The notes beneath the pieces were generated by a model. It was given only the letters and a program-made list of their open reading frames with translations, had not been told where the DNA came from and made no database searches. A program made the translations under genes and the position numbers. Below, piece by piece: positions 7,967 to 18,823 of a DNA stretch of 64,000 nucleotides; position 1 is the first letter of the stretch; the number at the start of each line of letters is the position of its first letter. This stretch comes from a virus (taxonomy: Duplodnaviria; Caudoviricetes), in IMG/VR virus record IMGVR_UViG_3300032319_000568, positions 1-64,000 of that record; one strand, written 5' to 3'.

Positions 7967-10604
7967 AAAAAATAATATTATTCACCTGTGGGACGACGGT
8001 AAAACCGGAAATTCTAGATATGTAACTATTCCATATCGGCCATATGCTTATCGTAAACGTGAGGGTGGAATGTATCGCAGTATTTATGGCGATGAACTTG
8101 AAAAAGTCTATAAATTCAATCCAAAAGATCCGAGCTTGTTCGAGAGTGATGTACCGGCAGAAACACGTTGCTTGATTGATGCTTACGAGGATAGTGATGA
8201 ACCATCTGAAGGACATCGTGTTGTATATCTTGACATTGAGGTTAGTACGGAGGGTGGATTTCCAAATGTAGAAGAAGCTGACAAAGAAATTACAGCTATT
8301 GCTATCTATGATAGTCTAACAGCTAAATATACAGCTTTCATCTTGGACAAAGAACACAAGTTAAATGACTTTGTTAAAGAAAATGTAGAAGTACGTAGCT
8401 TTACAGATGAAGATAGTCTATTGATGCACTTTCTGACTAAATGGGAAGAAATTCAACCAACTATTAGTACTGGATGGAATAGTGACAACTTCGATATGCC
8501 ATATCTGTTTCGTCGTATGAAAAATATTGTTGGTCCAAACAATGCAAAACGTTTGAGTCCAATTCAAGTTGCTTATATCAATGACTGGAATAAAAAAGTT
8601 ATTGTAGCTGGGGTAACTCATTTGGATTATATGACTCTTTACAAGAAGCTCAATATTAAACAAGAAGCTAGTTATGCTCTTGGAGCTATTGGTAAAAAGA
8701 TTGTGGGTATGGAAAAGATTACCTATAAAGGTAGTTTGGATGATTTGTACAAAGCTGATATCAACAAGTATATTGAATATAACTTGAACGACGTACAAAT
8801 CATTGTAGCACTAGAAAAGAAGTTACAGTTTATTGAATTGGCTAGGGCTATTTGTCATAAAGGACATGTTCCATATGAATGGTATGAAATGAGTTCTCGT
8901 TTCATTGAAGGTGCTATTCTTATGTATCTACGTCGTAAAGGACAGGTTGCTAAAAATAAATCATTGGATGGTCGTGATGAATATGAAACTCAAATGGAAG
9001 ACAATGAACAGGGTTTTGAAGGTGCTTATGTTAAAGCTCCTACTCCCGGTCGTTATGATTGGGTGTTTGACTTGGATCTTACATCAATGTATCCGAATAT
9101 CATCATCAGTCTTAACTTATCACCTGAAACTAAAGTAGCAGTTATTAATAAGATTGAATATGACGATTCTTATGTTGAAGATCGTACCAAAGAAATTCGC
9201 GAGGATTATGAGAATCTAGGTGATAGTGCTCAAAAGAAGACTTTATTTTCTCAATATCTTGAAAAACGATTGTACGCATTTAATGTTAGATTATTCGCTC
9301 AGGATAAAATCTCTAAGTATCACGTTGGATCTACAGTTTATACCAATGATGAATTTAAACAATTGGTTACCCAAAGCAATTTGAGTGTGGCTAGTAATGG
9401 TGTAATGTGTAAAAAAGATAAGACTGGGGTTATTCCAGAAATTCTAGTAAAGTGGTTCGATGAACGTAAAGATCTTCGTAAACTTGCTAAAAAGCATGCA
9501 GATTTAAAAGAATGGGAAAAATATGAATTTTATGATGGTCGTCAAAAAGTACAAAAAGTATTACTTAATTCAATCTATGGTGTATCGGGGTTACCGATCT
9601 TTAGATTTTATGATAAGGATAATGCAAGCGCTGTTACCATAACTGGTCAGGATATTATCAAATCTACAGGTAAAGCTATCAATGAATGTTTCAAACGTGC
9701 ATTGGATGAAAAAGAAGGAGACTGGGTTATATATACAGACACAGATAGTTGTTTTGCCAGTGCATTACCCATTATTAAAAAGAATATGCCTGATATTGAT
9801 ATAAATGATGAAAAGGCAATGACTGAGGCTATTCTAAAAGTAACTGGTGATGTACAATCATTTGTCAATAAGTTTTATGATGTAATGGCAAAACGATATT
9901 TCAATATTGAAAATCATCGATTTGATGCAAAACAAGAAGTTATTGCTAAAACCAGTTTCTGGTTAGCTAAGAAACGTTACGCACAGTTTATTGTTAACAA
10001 AGCCGGTATTGAATGTGATGAAATGGAAGTAAAGGGTATTGACGTAGTTCGTACTAGTTTTCCAATTCAGTTTCGTAAGTTTATGCAAAAATTCTTGGAT
10101 GATATGTTGCGCAAACTTCCAAAAGAACAAATTGACGTAAGTATTCTTGAATTTAAAGATAAGATGCCTACTTATCCTGTCATTGAGATTGCAAAGAATA
10201 CCAGTGTTAAGTTTAAGAGTCAGAGTGGTGAAACTGATTATAATCCAAAGACTAGACATCCGTTTCAGTTTATGGATGGTACGCCGGCTCAAGCTAAAGC
10301 TGCATTGGCTTATAACGATTTGTTGAAAAACTGGAACTTGGACAAGGATGTTCCGCCGATATTCCACGGTCAAAAGATTAAGTGGGTATATTTAAAACAA
10401 AATGAATATGGTGTTGAGGGTATTGCTATGAAAGCTGACGGTACTGATCCAGATCGTGTTATTGCGTTTATTGAACAATACGTAGATAGAAATGCTATGT
10501 ATGAACAAGAACTTAAAGGTAAGTTGTTGGATTTCTATAATGTGTTAAATTGGAGTTGGCCAAATGAAACAGATGTTAAGTTAGACGAATTCTTTAGTTT
10601 TTAA
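7941..10604 (+). CDS. polB: Family B DNA polymerase
   Basis: ExoI LDIE, ExoII WNSDNFD, ExoIII YNLND; DLTSMYP, KVLLNSIYG, YTDTDS. Confidence 0.97.
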   Translation: MYQNIYVDKKNNIIHLWDDGKTGNSRYVTIPYRPYAYRKREGGMYRSIYGDELEKVYKFNPKDPSLFESDVPAETRCLIDAYEDSDEPSEGHRVVYLDIEVSTEGGFPNVEEADKEITAIAIYDSLTAKYTAFILDKEHKLNDFVKENVEVRSFTDEDSLLMHFLTKWEEIQPTISTGWNSDNFDMPYLFRRMKNIVGPNNAKRLSPIQVAYINDWNKKVIVAGVTHLDYMTLYKKLNIKQEASYALGAIGKKIVGMEKITYKGSLDDLYKADINKYIEYNLNDVQIIVALEKKLQFIELARAICHKGHVPYEWYEMSSRFIEGAILMYLRRKGQVAKNKSLDGRDEYETQMEDNEQGFEGAYVKAPTPGRYDWVFDLDLTSMYPNIIISLNLSPETKVAVINKIEYDDSYVEDRTKEIREDYENLGDSAQKKTLFSQYLEKRLYAFNVRLFAQDKISKYHVGSTVYTNDEFKQLVTQSNLSVASNGVMCKKDKTGVIPEILVKWFDERKDLRKLAKKHADLKEWEKYEFYDGRQKVQKVLLNSIYGVSGLPIFRFYDKDNASAVTITGQDIIKSTGKAINECFKRALDEKEGDWVIYTDTDSCFASALPIIKKNMPDIDINDEKAMTEAILKVTGDVQSFVNKFYDVMAKRYFNIENHRFDAKQEVIAKTSFWLAKKRYAQFIVNKAGIECDEMEVKGIDVVRTSFPIQFRKFMQKFLDDMLRKLPKEQIDVSILEFKDKMPTYPVIEIAKNTSVKFKSQSGETDYNPKTRHPFQFMDGTPAQAKAALAYNDLLKNWNLDKDVPPIFHGQKIKWVYLKQNEYGVEGIAMKADGTDPDRVIAFIEQYVDRNAMYEQELKGKLLDFYNVLNWSWPNETDVKLDEFFSF

Positions 10605-10632
10605 TTGACACTACAATATAATGTGTTAAAAT
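10605..10632 (+). promoter_or_regulatory. sigma70-like promoter
   Basis: TTGACA-N16-TAAAAT. Confidence 0.55.
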
Positions 10633-10638
10633 CTTTAG

Positions 10639-11052
10639 ATGAAGGGTACCGCTCAAAAATTAACAATTTCATTGGAGGGTAGTGAAATATCATTATTCAC
10701 AAGACATCCGTCGTATTCAGCAATTGCTAAACAGTACCAACGTGTAGTAATTGGACAACGCGGGCCATATGTGGAGTTTACCAAAAATCAAATAATTGAT
10801 AAATTGTTGTATATACCAAAAAATCAGTTATATAGATTAAGCGATCCAAAAGTATATTATATAGAGTTTAGAACTATTGAAAATGATGTAAAAGTATATT
10901 ATCAAATGAGAAGTGTAGCATATGCTGATTATCTCATCAATCATTTTTACATATCCCCATTAGATTTGTATAAAGAAGATGGTACTAAGTGTATACGTAC
11001 AGATATCGAAACAAATGAAAATTTAAATGAATTTTTTGAATTCAATAATTGA
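10639..11052 (+). CDS. Hypothetical protein
   Basis: RVVIGQRGPYVEF and VAYADY...FYISP motifs; between polymerase and clamp. Confidence 0.7.
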   Translation: MKGTAQKLTISLEGSEISLFTRHPSYSAIAKQYQRVVIGQRGPYVEFTKNQIIDKLLYIPKNQLYRLSDPKVYYIEFRTIENDVKVYYQMRSVAYADYLINHFYISPLDLYKEDGTKCIRTDIETNENLNEFFEFNN

Positions 11053-11077
11053 CAAGTTAACCAGTATAAAGTAAAAT
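11049..11077 (+). promoter_or_regulatory. sigma70-like promoter
   Basis: TTGACA-N17-TAAAAT. Confidence 0.6.
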
Positions 11078-11085
11078 AATAAAGT

Positions 11086-11823
11086 ATGAAGAAACAAGTA
11101 TTAAACACGTTTATAGACAAATACTCACTCAACGGTACCATTGAAAGTGTAAAGTGGATTGTTGATAACACAACTAATCAGATTAAAACCTGTTCTATCA
11201 GTGATGATAAAAACGCTCTGAGTTATGTAGTTATTAAAGATGCTGTCGGTCTAACAGATTCAGAATTTGGTATTAATGATACTACTAAACTAAAGAAGTT
11301 GTTAAATGTTCTATCTGAAGACGTAAATATCGCTTTTAATAAGCGAGAAGATAAGATTGTATCATTATCACTAAACAGTGAAGGCACAGACGTTCAGTAT
11401 GTCACTGCTGATTTGAGTGTAATTCCGAAGGTTCCAGAACTTAAGAAGTTGCCTCCGTTTAATTTAGAAATCCCACTTACCAAGGAATTTGTGACTACAT
11501 TTGTAAAAGCTAAAAGTGCTTTGAGTGATGTAGATACTATGACTTTTAACAAGGATAAGAAGGATAAGATTAAATTGACTATTGGCTATAGCAACGTTAA
11601 TAGCAATCGTATTAATATTGATCTTAAACCAGTAGAAGGCAAAGATACGCTTGGTAAGACTATTCATTTTAGTGCAAAGTATCTAAAGGAAATTTTGACT
11701 AGTAATAGTGATTGTGAAAATGCTGTACTAAAGATCAGTGATAGTGGTATTCTACATGTAGAATTTAATAATGATCTATTCAATAGTAATTATTATCTAA
11801 TTGAAATCAAAAGCGTTGACTAA
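11086..11823 (+). CDS. DNA sliding clamp (gp45/PCNA-like)
   Basis: 245 aa, repeated beta-alpha pattern, C-terminal KISDSGILHVEF...YYL; directly before clamp loader. Confidence 0.8.
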   Translation: MKKQVLNTFIDKYSLNGTIESVKWIVDNTTNQIKTCSISDDKNALSYVVIKDAVGLTDSEFGINDTTKLKKLLNVLSEDVNIAFNKREDKIVSLSLNSEGTDVQYVTADLSVIPKVPELKKLPPFNLEIPLTKEFVTTFVKAKSALSDVDTMTFNKDKKDKIKLTIGYSNVNSNRINIDLKPVEGKDTLGKTIHFSAKYLKEILTSNSDCENAVLKISDSGILHVEFNNDLFNSNYYLIEIKSVD

Positions 11824-11837
11824 TTAATTATCATAAA

Positions 11838-12797
11838 ATGAATGAATTTATAGAATTTGAAAGTAAATCCGTCGAAAAAGCACAATCTTTGTGGTGTGAG
11901 AAATATCGTCCGGATGCAGTAGAAAACTATATTTGTAGCGATCAACTACGGAGTGTATTGATTGATTTTCTTACTAAGAAAGATATTCCACACTTGTTAT
12001 TTTACGGAAGTGCGGGTACAGGCAAGACGACCCTCGCTAAGATTCTAACTAAGAATATTCCGTGTGATGTCATGTATGTTAACGCGTCTGATAATACAGG
12101 TGTAGATTTCGTTCGGGATAAGATTAGACCATTTGCAGCTGCAATGGGGTTTAACGATTTGAAGGTTGTTATTTTGGATGAATCTGATTATATGTCATCT
12201 GCTTCTCAGGCATCACTTCGTAATTTAATGGAGACGTACAGTAAGACTACTCGATTCATTCTTACATGTAACTACGTTGAGAAAATCATTTCTCCACTTA
12301 TAAGTCGTTGTCAGGTATTTCAAATCGAACCTCCTGCCAAGAAAGATGTAGCTTTATATACAAAGAATATCTTGGATACTGAGACTGTTAAGTATGAATT
12401 GACAGATTTGAAAACTGTTGTAGATAGTTTTTATCCAGATATTCGTAAGATTGTTAATTTTATTCAACAAAGTTCTACAAATGGAACTCTTAAATTGGTT
12501 AAGAATCAAAGTGCTAATTTTGATCTTAAAACCAAATTGATTAACTTGTTGAACAACAGCAAAACCAACGGTAAGGTTTTTAACGACATTCGACAGTTAA
12601 TTGCTGATTCAGGTACAAAATCATTTGATGAACTGTACAGTGAATTATATGATAAGTGTGGTGAATTTGCGCCGGGTAAAGAAATATCTGTGATTATTGA
12701 AGTAGCGGAATATATGTATCAAAGTAATATGGTTGTAGATAAAGAAATTACGTTTATGGCTTGTATTGCTAAGTTAATAAAAACAATTGTTAAATGA
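11838..12797 (+). CDS. Clamp loader ATPase subunit (RFC small/gp44-like)
   Basis: WCEKYRP, GSAGTGKTT, NASD, ILDESD, FILTCN, SRC. Confidence 0.95.
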   Translation: MNEFIEFESKSVEKAQSLWCEKYRPDAVENYICSDQLRSVLIDFLTKKDIPHLLFYGSAGTGKTTLAKILTKNIPCDVMYVNASDNTGVDFVRDKIRPFAAAMGFNDLKVVILDESDYMSSASQASLRNLMETYSKTTRFILTCNYVEKIISPLISRCQVFQIEPPAKKDVALYTKNILDTETVKYELTDLKTVVDSFYPDIRKIVNFIQQSSTNGTLKLVKNQSANFDLKTKLINLLNNSKTNGKVFNDIRQLIADSGTKSFDELYSELYDKCGEFAPGKEISVIIEVAEYMYQSNMVVDKEITFMACIAKLIKTIVK

Positions 12798-13888
12798 TTA
12801 AATACTTCAAAGTTACTACAGATTCAACAAAAAAAGTACGTCCTGTAGATTTTTCTTTAGACGGTGTAATAAAATATATTGGTCAAAGCGGCACTAGTGG
12901 TTATGCTAGTGCCGCTAAAGGTTATTTAGCAGACTACGTTTTAAGAAATATTCCTATTACATGGACTCCTTTATGTTTTGATAATAGTACAAACGATAAA
13001 AGTTATTATGTAGATGCTTTGGCGGAAAGTGTGATTAATAAATCATATTCAAAATATGATCGATTAATTATTCACAGTACACCCGATTTATGGCAAAGTA
13101 CAGTGTTACAACATAAACACATTGACGACATCATTGGATATTGTGCGTGGGAAACGAGTAAATTGCCTGATCATTGGGTAAAACATATCAATTTAGTGTC
13201 ACAAGTATGGGTACCGTCATTGTTTAATAAACAATCGTTTATCGATTCAGGAGTAAATACGGAAATTAAAGTTGTACCACATATATGGCATCCACAAAAA
13301 TTAATAAAAAAGTCTAATATAAAGATATATGACTATTGTCGATCCCTAGTACCATCCGACAAATATACGTTTTATAGTATAGGAGAATTAAATTTCAGAA
13401 AGGGTATAGAGGATTTAGTTACAGTTTTTGATAAGTTTAATGACATTCATAAAGATACTCAGTTAATTTTAAAATTACATTACAGAGATTACGGTGATAA
13501 AAATAAAGAACATTGTATATCTAAATTAAGATCTTTAACAAACAAAATTGGTACAGACATATTTCTTATATTTGAAAATTTAACCAATCAAGAAATACTA
13601 GCTTTACACAGTTTTGGTGATTGTTATGTTAGTTTAAACAAAGGAGAGGGATTTGGTCTTACCATATTTGACGCTTTTAATTATGGCAAAAAAGTGGTTA
13701 CCACTGGGTACGGTGGTCAAGTGGATTTTCTTGGTACAGATTATGTTGGATTGGTAAAATATAAAATAAATAAAGTAAGTGGTATGGACTCGTTTAGTGC
13801 TAATTATTCTGTAGACCAAGAGTGGGCATATCCAGATTTAGATCATGCTTACGAATTAATGAAAAAATGTTATGAAAATTCGATTTAA
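12794..13888 (+). CDS. GT4-like glycosyltransferase
   Basis: SGYASAA, AWETSKLP, RKGI, NKGEGFGL. Confidence 0.85.
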   Translation: MIKYFKVTTDSTKKVRPVDFSLDGVIKYIGQSGTSGYASAAKGYLADYVLRNIPITWTPLCFDNSTNDKSYYVDALAESVINKSYSKYDRLIIHSTPDLWQSTVLQHKHIDDIIGYCAWETSKLPDHWVKHINLVSQVWVPSLFNKQSFIDSGVNTEIKVVPHIWHPQKLIKKSNIKIYDYCRSLVPSDKYTFYSIGELNFRKGIEDLVTVFDKFNDIHKDTQLILKLHYRDYGDKNKEHCISKLRSLTNKIGTDIFLIFENLTNQEILALHSFGDCYVSLNKGEGFGLTIFDAFNYGKKVVTTGYGGQVDFLGTDYVGLVKYKINKVSGMDSFSANYSVDQEWAYPDLDHAYELMKKCYENSI

Positions 13889-14234
13889 TCAGATAGACGA
13901 TACTAATAGAGAGTTTCAACTTATAAATGGAATATATTCTCCTGAATTTGATTCTAACAAAAAGTGGATTTGGACATCATCAAAGTTTGATGGCGTTGTT
14001 TCTAATATAAACTATATTACACTGACAGTACAATCTGGGATTAAAAATACATTGCTTTATGAGGATACACGTGTGGAATTAGATCCTGACTGTGTTAATG
14101 TGATTAAAATAAAAACTACTGGCAAAAAAACTTTTGAAGTTAAATTATCAGATCCATACGTTGTAAGTGGTGATGAACGTGTTTTGGGCGTTAAAATTAC
14201 CAGAATAATGATTGATCAAGACGTAATATTTTAA
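13872..14234 (+). CDS. Hypothetical beta-rich protein (possible carbohydrate-binding module)
   Basis: WIWTS and DERVLGVKI motifs; glycosylation context. Confidence 0.5.
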   Translation: MKIRFNQIDDTNREFQLINGIYSPEFDSNKKWIWTSSKFDGVVSNINYITLTVQSGIKNTLLYEDTRVELDPDCVNVIKIKTTGKKTFEVKLSDPYVVSGDERVLGVKITRIMIDQDVIF

Positions 14235-14236
14235 TT

Positions 14237-15163
14237 ATGAATAATACACATAAAATCTATATTGCTGGACATAAAGGATTAGTTGGCAGTGCAATTCTGC
14301 GACTATTGCAAAAAGAAGGATATACTAATTTAGTATATAAAACTCGTAACGAATTAGATTTAACAGATCAAGCATCTGTATCAGCATTCTTTAAACAAGA
14401 GAAGCCAAATTATGTATTTTTAGCTGCGGCAAAGGTAGGTGGAATTCATGCAAACAATACTTATCCCGTGGATTTTATTGTTGATAATATTCAAATTCAG
14501 ACGAATATAATTAAATCGTCATATGAAAACGGTGTTAATAAACTTTTGTTTATGGGTAGTGTATGTATATATCCAAAATACGCAGATGTACCTGTTAAAG
14601 AGAGTTCTTTATTAACTGGAATGCTTGAACCAACTAATGATGCTTATGCAATTGCCAAGATCGCTGGTATCAAAATGTGTCAGGCATATAGAAAACAGTA
14701 CGGTGTAGATTATATTTCTACAATGCCGTGTAATTTATATGGAGTCAATGATAACTTTCATCCAACAAATTCACATGTTCTTCCAGCGTTAATTCGTAGA
14801 TTTCACGAAGCTAAAGTAAATAATTTAGATGAGGTTGTGTGTTGGGGAGATGGTAGTGCCAGAAGAGAGTTTTTAAATGCAGATGATGTAGCTAACGCTT
14901 CATTATTTCTGATGAACAATTACAGTTCAGACGATATTATTAATATTGGATATGGAGCAGATTATACAATTAAAGAAGTTGTAGAAATTATCAAAAATAT
15001 TGTTGGATATAATGGCACAATTGTATGGGATACTACAAAACCAAATGGAACTCCTAAACGACTATTAGATTCAACAAAAATATTTAATTTGGGATGGAAA
15101 CCGAAAGTAGAATTACATGATGGTTTAAAAGAAGCTTACGATTGGTATATTTCAAACTTATGA
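14237..15163 (+). CDS. fcl: GDP-L-fucose synthase
   Basis: AGHKGLVGSA, AAAKVGGI, GSVCIYP, YAIAK, HVLPALIRRF. Confidence 0.95.
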   Translation: MNNTHKIYIAGHKGLVGSAILRLLQKEGYTNLVYKTRNELDLTDQASVSAFFKQEKPNYVFLAAAKVGGIHANNTYPVDFIVDNIQIQTNIIKSSYENGVNKLLFMGSVCIYPKYADVPVKESSLLTGMLEPTNDAYAIAKIAGIKMCQAYRKQYGVDYISTMPCNLYGVNDNFHPTNSHVLPALIRRFHEAKVNNLDEVVCWGDGSARREFLNADDVANASLFLMNNYSSDDIINIGYGADYTIKEVVEIIKNIVGYNGTIVWDTTKPNGTPKRLLDSTKIFNLGWKPKVELHDGLKEAYDWYISNL

Positions 15164-16206
15164 GAACTGCATTAATACCAACTTCATACAATCCATTTCA
15201 ATTGTATTATGTAATACAAAACTTTAAAAATAGATGGTATAATACCGTAGATAAATTATATATATCATTTGACAGCGAACATTTAAATGAATCGTTTCAA
15301 GAAAATTTTGAATACTCGTCACACTTTGAAAATATAAAAAAATTATGTTATGATCTGTGTGATGATATAAAAATAACAATTATTGATAAAGAAAATGAAC
15401 ATTTTTTTACAAAAAAAGTTCCTGAATATAATTTTTTAATTGATAGCCGGGGAAAAGAAATAAGACAATTAATTTCAAATTTAAATACGGATTTATTTTT
15501 TATAACACACGACGACATTTTTTATTCTGATGATTCGTTTATTAACAGTATGTTCGAACTTTTAAAAGAAAATGATGTGGTCGGTTTAACCACACAGGCA
15601 TCCGACAATATATCTTTTAAAATTAATAGTTCACAGTTAAACGAAAGTTATCTTGGATTTTCAAGTCACAATTTTTTTTCCAAGTTAAATGTTGTGAAAA
15701 ACACAGATGGCATTTTTAATTCTATGGCAATTACAAATAAGCTACCATATGTTAATGTTGATTGTGGACAAATGCATTTAGAATATTTTATACCTTTTTC
15801 TTTGCAATTATATTCACTGAAAAATAAATTGTTCTTTTATGATAACGAAGGATTTGACAACAACAATAATGGAATAGACAATTTAGGAGATAGATATCCT
15901 AAATTTATTCATTTTAATTTAGGTAGCTCTTTTTTATACTATTTGTTAAATCAAGATGCATTTCATAGAACATTGGACAATCATTTAAATTCACATTTTT
16001 CATACATTGATATGTTTGCAAGAAGGTTGTCTATGTATAATTATTTTTTCAATAATTTTCCACAAGAGTTAATTAAAAAATATAAATTAAATGTTTTATT
16101 TGCAATTTGTAAAAACAATCTCAATTCAAACTTAGAATATTTAAATATTAAACACAATTATAATAAATGTGACACATCCAACGAAAGTTATAAGAAATAC
16201 ATATGA
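15142..16206 (+). CDS. Putative GT-A fold glycosyltransferase
   Basis: LFFITHDD acidic motif; cluster context. Confidence 0.5.
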   Translation: MVYFKLMRTALIPTSYNPFQLYYVIQNFKNRWYNTVDKLYISFDSEHLNESFQENFEYSSHFENIKKLCYDLCDDIKITIIDKENEHFFTKKVPEYNFLIDSRGKEIRQLISNLNTDLFFITHDDIFYSDDSFINSMFELLKENDVVGLTTQASDNISFKINSSQLNESYLGFSSHNFFSKLNVVKNTDGIFNSMAITNKLPYVNVDCGQMHLEYFIPFSLQLYSLKNKLFFYDNEGFDNNNNGIDNLGDRYPKFIHFNLGSSFLYYLLNQDAFHRTLDNHLNSHFSYIDMFARRLSMYNYFFNNFPQELIKKYKLNVLFAICKNNLNSNLEYLNIKHNYNKCDTSNESYKKYI

Positions 16207-17534
16207 ATAAAGTTTTAAATTTAAAAGACAATCTCGGTGAATTGCACGTTTCTAAAAAAGAAAATGGTTATTACAATTTAATAAGAAAAAACAATAGAAA
16301 TAAAATTATTAATGTTATAGATCATGTACAGTTTTTCAATTCAAACAACGAATGTAAATTGATTCCTATAGATGATAGAATTTTAAAGGAAATTGAATAT
16401 AAAATTGAAACCAATAGCAATTATTCCTCTTATTTTGTTTTTCACGACACGTTAGATAAAATTGACGATAAATATGTAAATCAAGAAAAATCTCAAGAAG
16501 AACATCAATTTACTTCTACAGGAATTAAATTTTGGCGACATCAAGAAAAAATGTTAAATTACAAAAACGGCAATTCACATACCGTCGTATCTACACATAT
16601 ATCTCCTGAGGGCGCGTGTAATTTAAAATGTCCTTATTGTTCAGTGACATATAGAAAAAATTCTTCGAGAATAGAATTGGACGTAATCAAAGATTATGTA
16701 ATAAAATTGAAATCGCGTGGATTAAAGGCAGTAATTTTGACTGGCGGAGGTGAACCGACAATGTATAAACATTTTAATGAATTAATTAGATGGTTAAAAG
16801 AACAAAATTTGTCCGTCGCATTAATTACTAATGGAACAAATGCACGATTGGTAAACGATGATGTTTGGGGAATGTTTTCATGGGTACGTGTAAGTGTTAA
16901 TTTATTTGACGAGTGGGAATCAAAAATAAATATACCCATAAAATTTTTATCAGATGAATGTATACTTGGTATGTCTCACGTATTTACGGTTGAACATGAA
17001 AAAATAGAATCAACGGAAGTGCTAGAATACTTTGACAAAATATCAAAATTGGCCGACAGATTGAATGCAAAATATATACGTGTTTTACCAAATTGTTTAT
17101 TAGAACAAGAAACGTTGGTCAGAGTACACAGAGGTCTGGATGTAGTATTTACTAAACTTAAAGACCCTAGATTTTTTCATCAATATAAATTTCACGAAGC
17201 TCCAAAATCAAAAGTATGCCATCAATCATATTTTAGACCGTATCTAAGTGAAGAACCGTTTCATGCAACAGGAATACCAGGAACAGTTTATCCATGCGAC
17301 AGTGTTGTACTAAATAGTTCCGTAACTCATTTTGCACAAAAATATCAACTGTGTGGTGCGAGTGATATATTAGAATATATAGATAAAAAAATAAGTCATA
17401 AATTTATTCCGTGCGAAGATTGTAAAGGTTGTGTTTTTACAAATAATATCAATACAATAGATGATTTTATCAATAATAAAATTGATAGATTTGATGAATT
17501 TACAAAACCAATAAAACATGAAGAATTTATATGA
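16203..17534 (+). CDS. Radical SAM enzyme with C-terminal SPASM/twitch-like Cys domain
   Basis: CNLKCPYC, LTGGGEP, LITNG; C-terminal C...VYPCD...CEDCKGC. Confidence 0.92.
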   Translation: MNKVLNLKDNLGELHVSKKENGYYNLIRKNNRNKIINVIDHVQFFNSNNECKLIPIDDRILKEIEYKIETNSNYSSYFVFHDTLDKIDDKYVNQEKSQEEHQFTSTGIKFWRHQEKMLNYKNGNSHTVVSTHISPEGACNLKCPYCSVTYRKNSSRIELDVIKDYVIKLKSRGLKAVILTGGGEPTMYKHFNELIRWLKEQNLSVALITNGTNARLVNDDVWGMFSWVRVSVNLFDEWESKINIPIKFLSDECILGMSHVFTVEHEKIESTEVLEYFDKISKLADRLNAKYIRVLPNCLLEQETLVRVHRGLDVVFTKLKDPRFFHQYKFHEAPKSKVCHQSYFRPYLSEEPFHATGIPGTVYPCDSVVLNSSVTHFAQKYQLCGASDILEYIDKKISHKFIPCEDCKGCVFTNNINTIDDFINNKIDRFDEFTKPIKHEEFI

Positions 17535-18157
17535 ATTATTTTAATAAAGATTATTATGAAAATGGCATAAGCTCCGGTTTAAGTTTATACACAAATTATA
17601 AATGGATGCCTGATCTGACAATACCGATGGCGTTTAGAATAATAGAAATACTAAATATAAAAGAAAGTGATTCGATTTTAGATTTTGGTTGTGCAAAAGG
17701 TTATATGGTAAAATCATTTAGAATGTTATATAGAGATGCATACGGAGTTGATATAAGCGATTACGCCATATCAAACTGTGATAAAGAAGTTGAAAATTAT
17801 TTACTGAAAATTGAAGACATAAAAAATATTTCTCAGTTTAATAAAATTTTTGATTACACTATATCTAAAGATGTTTTTGAACACATATCATATGAATATA
17901 TAGAAGATACCATTATCAGTTTAAGACAGTATAGTAAATGTTTATTTGCCGTAATTCCACTCGGAGACGGAAAAAAATATTATATTCCCTCATATGAATT
18001 AGATAAGACACACATCATAAAAGAAGATAAAGATTGGTGGATTGATTTATTTAAAAAATGTGGATTCAAAGATGTAAGTTTTGAATATAAAATAAAAGGT
18101 ATAAAAGAAAATTATAATAAAATAGAAAATGGAAATGGATTTTTTATACTTAGATAA
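17531..18157 (+). CDS. Class I SAM-dependent methyltransferase
   Basis: ILDFGCAKG, GVDIS, DVFEHI. Confidence 0.88.
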   Translation: MNYFNKDYYENGISSGLSLYTNYKWMPDLTIPMAFRIIEILNIKESDSILDFGCAKGYMVKSFRMLYRDAYGVDISDYAISNCDKEVENYLLKIEDIKNISQFNKIFDYTISKDVFEHISYEYIEDTIISLRQYSKCLFAVIPLGDGKKYYIPSYELDKTHIIKEDKDWWIDLFKKCGFKDVSFEYKIKGIKENYNKIENGNGFFILR

Positions 18158-18172
18158 TCAATATATATAATT

Positions 18173-18823
18173 ATGGAACAATATTATTCACAATTCGGAC
18201 AAGATAAATTTATAATAGAAAATGTTTTTAAAAAAATGACGGATGGGTTTTTTGTGGATATAGGAGCAGGAGATGGTGTTCATATATCAAATACATACGC
18301 ATTAGAAAAACAGTACAATTGGACAGGAGTGTGTGTAGAATGTAATTCTATTTCATATGATGCTCTTATTAAAAACAGAAGTTGTAAATTTTATAATAAA
18401 CCTATAACGGAAAAGGGGGGGTTGGTAGAATTTAATCAAATAGATAATTTTGGGTATCATACCACTTTATTCTCGTCAATTTATGAAGTTCCTGTTGAAT
18501 TTGCATCTAATGCTAAAAAAATTAAATTACAATCCACAACAATTGATGATTTTTTAGATGAAATAAATGCTCCAAATATGATTCATTATCTTTCATTAGA
18601 CATAGAAGGTGGAGAATATGAAATTTTGGAGTCTTTTTTTGCAAATCATAATCTAAAAAATAATTGGACAAGAGAAATAATATCTTTATCAGTAGAACAC
18701 AATTTTGACGAGATTAAACGTAACAAAATAAAAAATTTATTGGAGTCTAATTTATATACCCGAGTCGCTTGTCTAGATGTAGATGACATATACATACATA
18801 AACTTTTTGAAATTAATATATGA
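18173..18823 (+). CDS. FkbM-family methyltransferase
   Basis: YSQFGQD, FVDIGAGDG...SNT, LSLDIEGGE. Confidence 0.9.
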   Translation: MEQYYSQFGQDKFIIENVFKKMTDGFFVDIGAGDGVHISNTYALEKQYNWTGVCVECNSISYDALIKNRSCKFYNKPITEKGGLVEFNQIDNFGYHTTLFSSIYEVPVEFASNAKKIKLQSTTIDDFLDEINAPNMIHYLSLDIEGGEYEILESFFANHNLKNNWTREIISLSVEHNFDEIKRNKIKNLLESNLYTRVACLDVDDIYIHKLFEINI

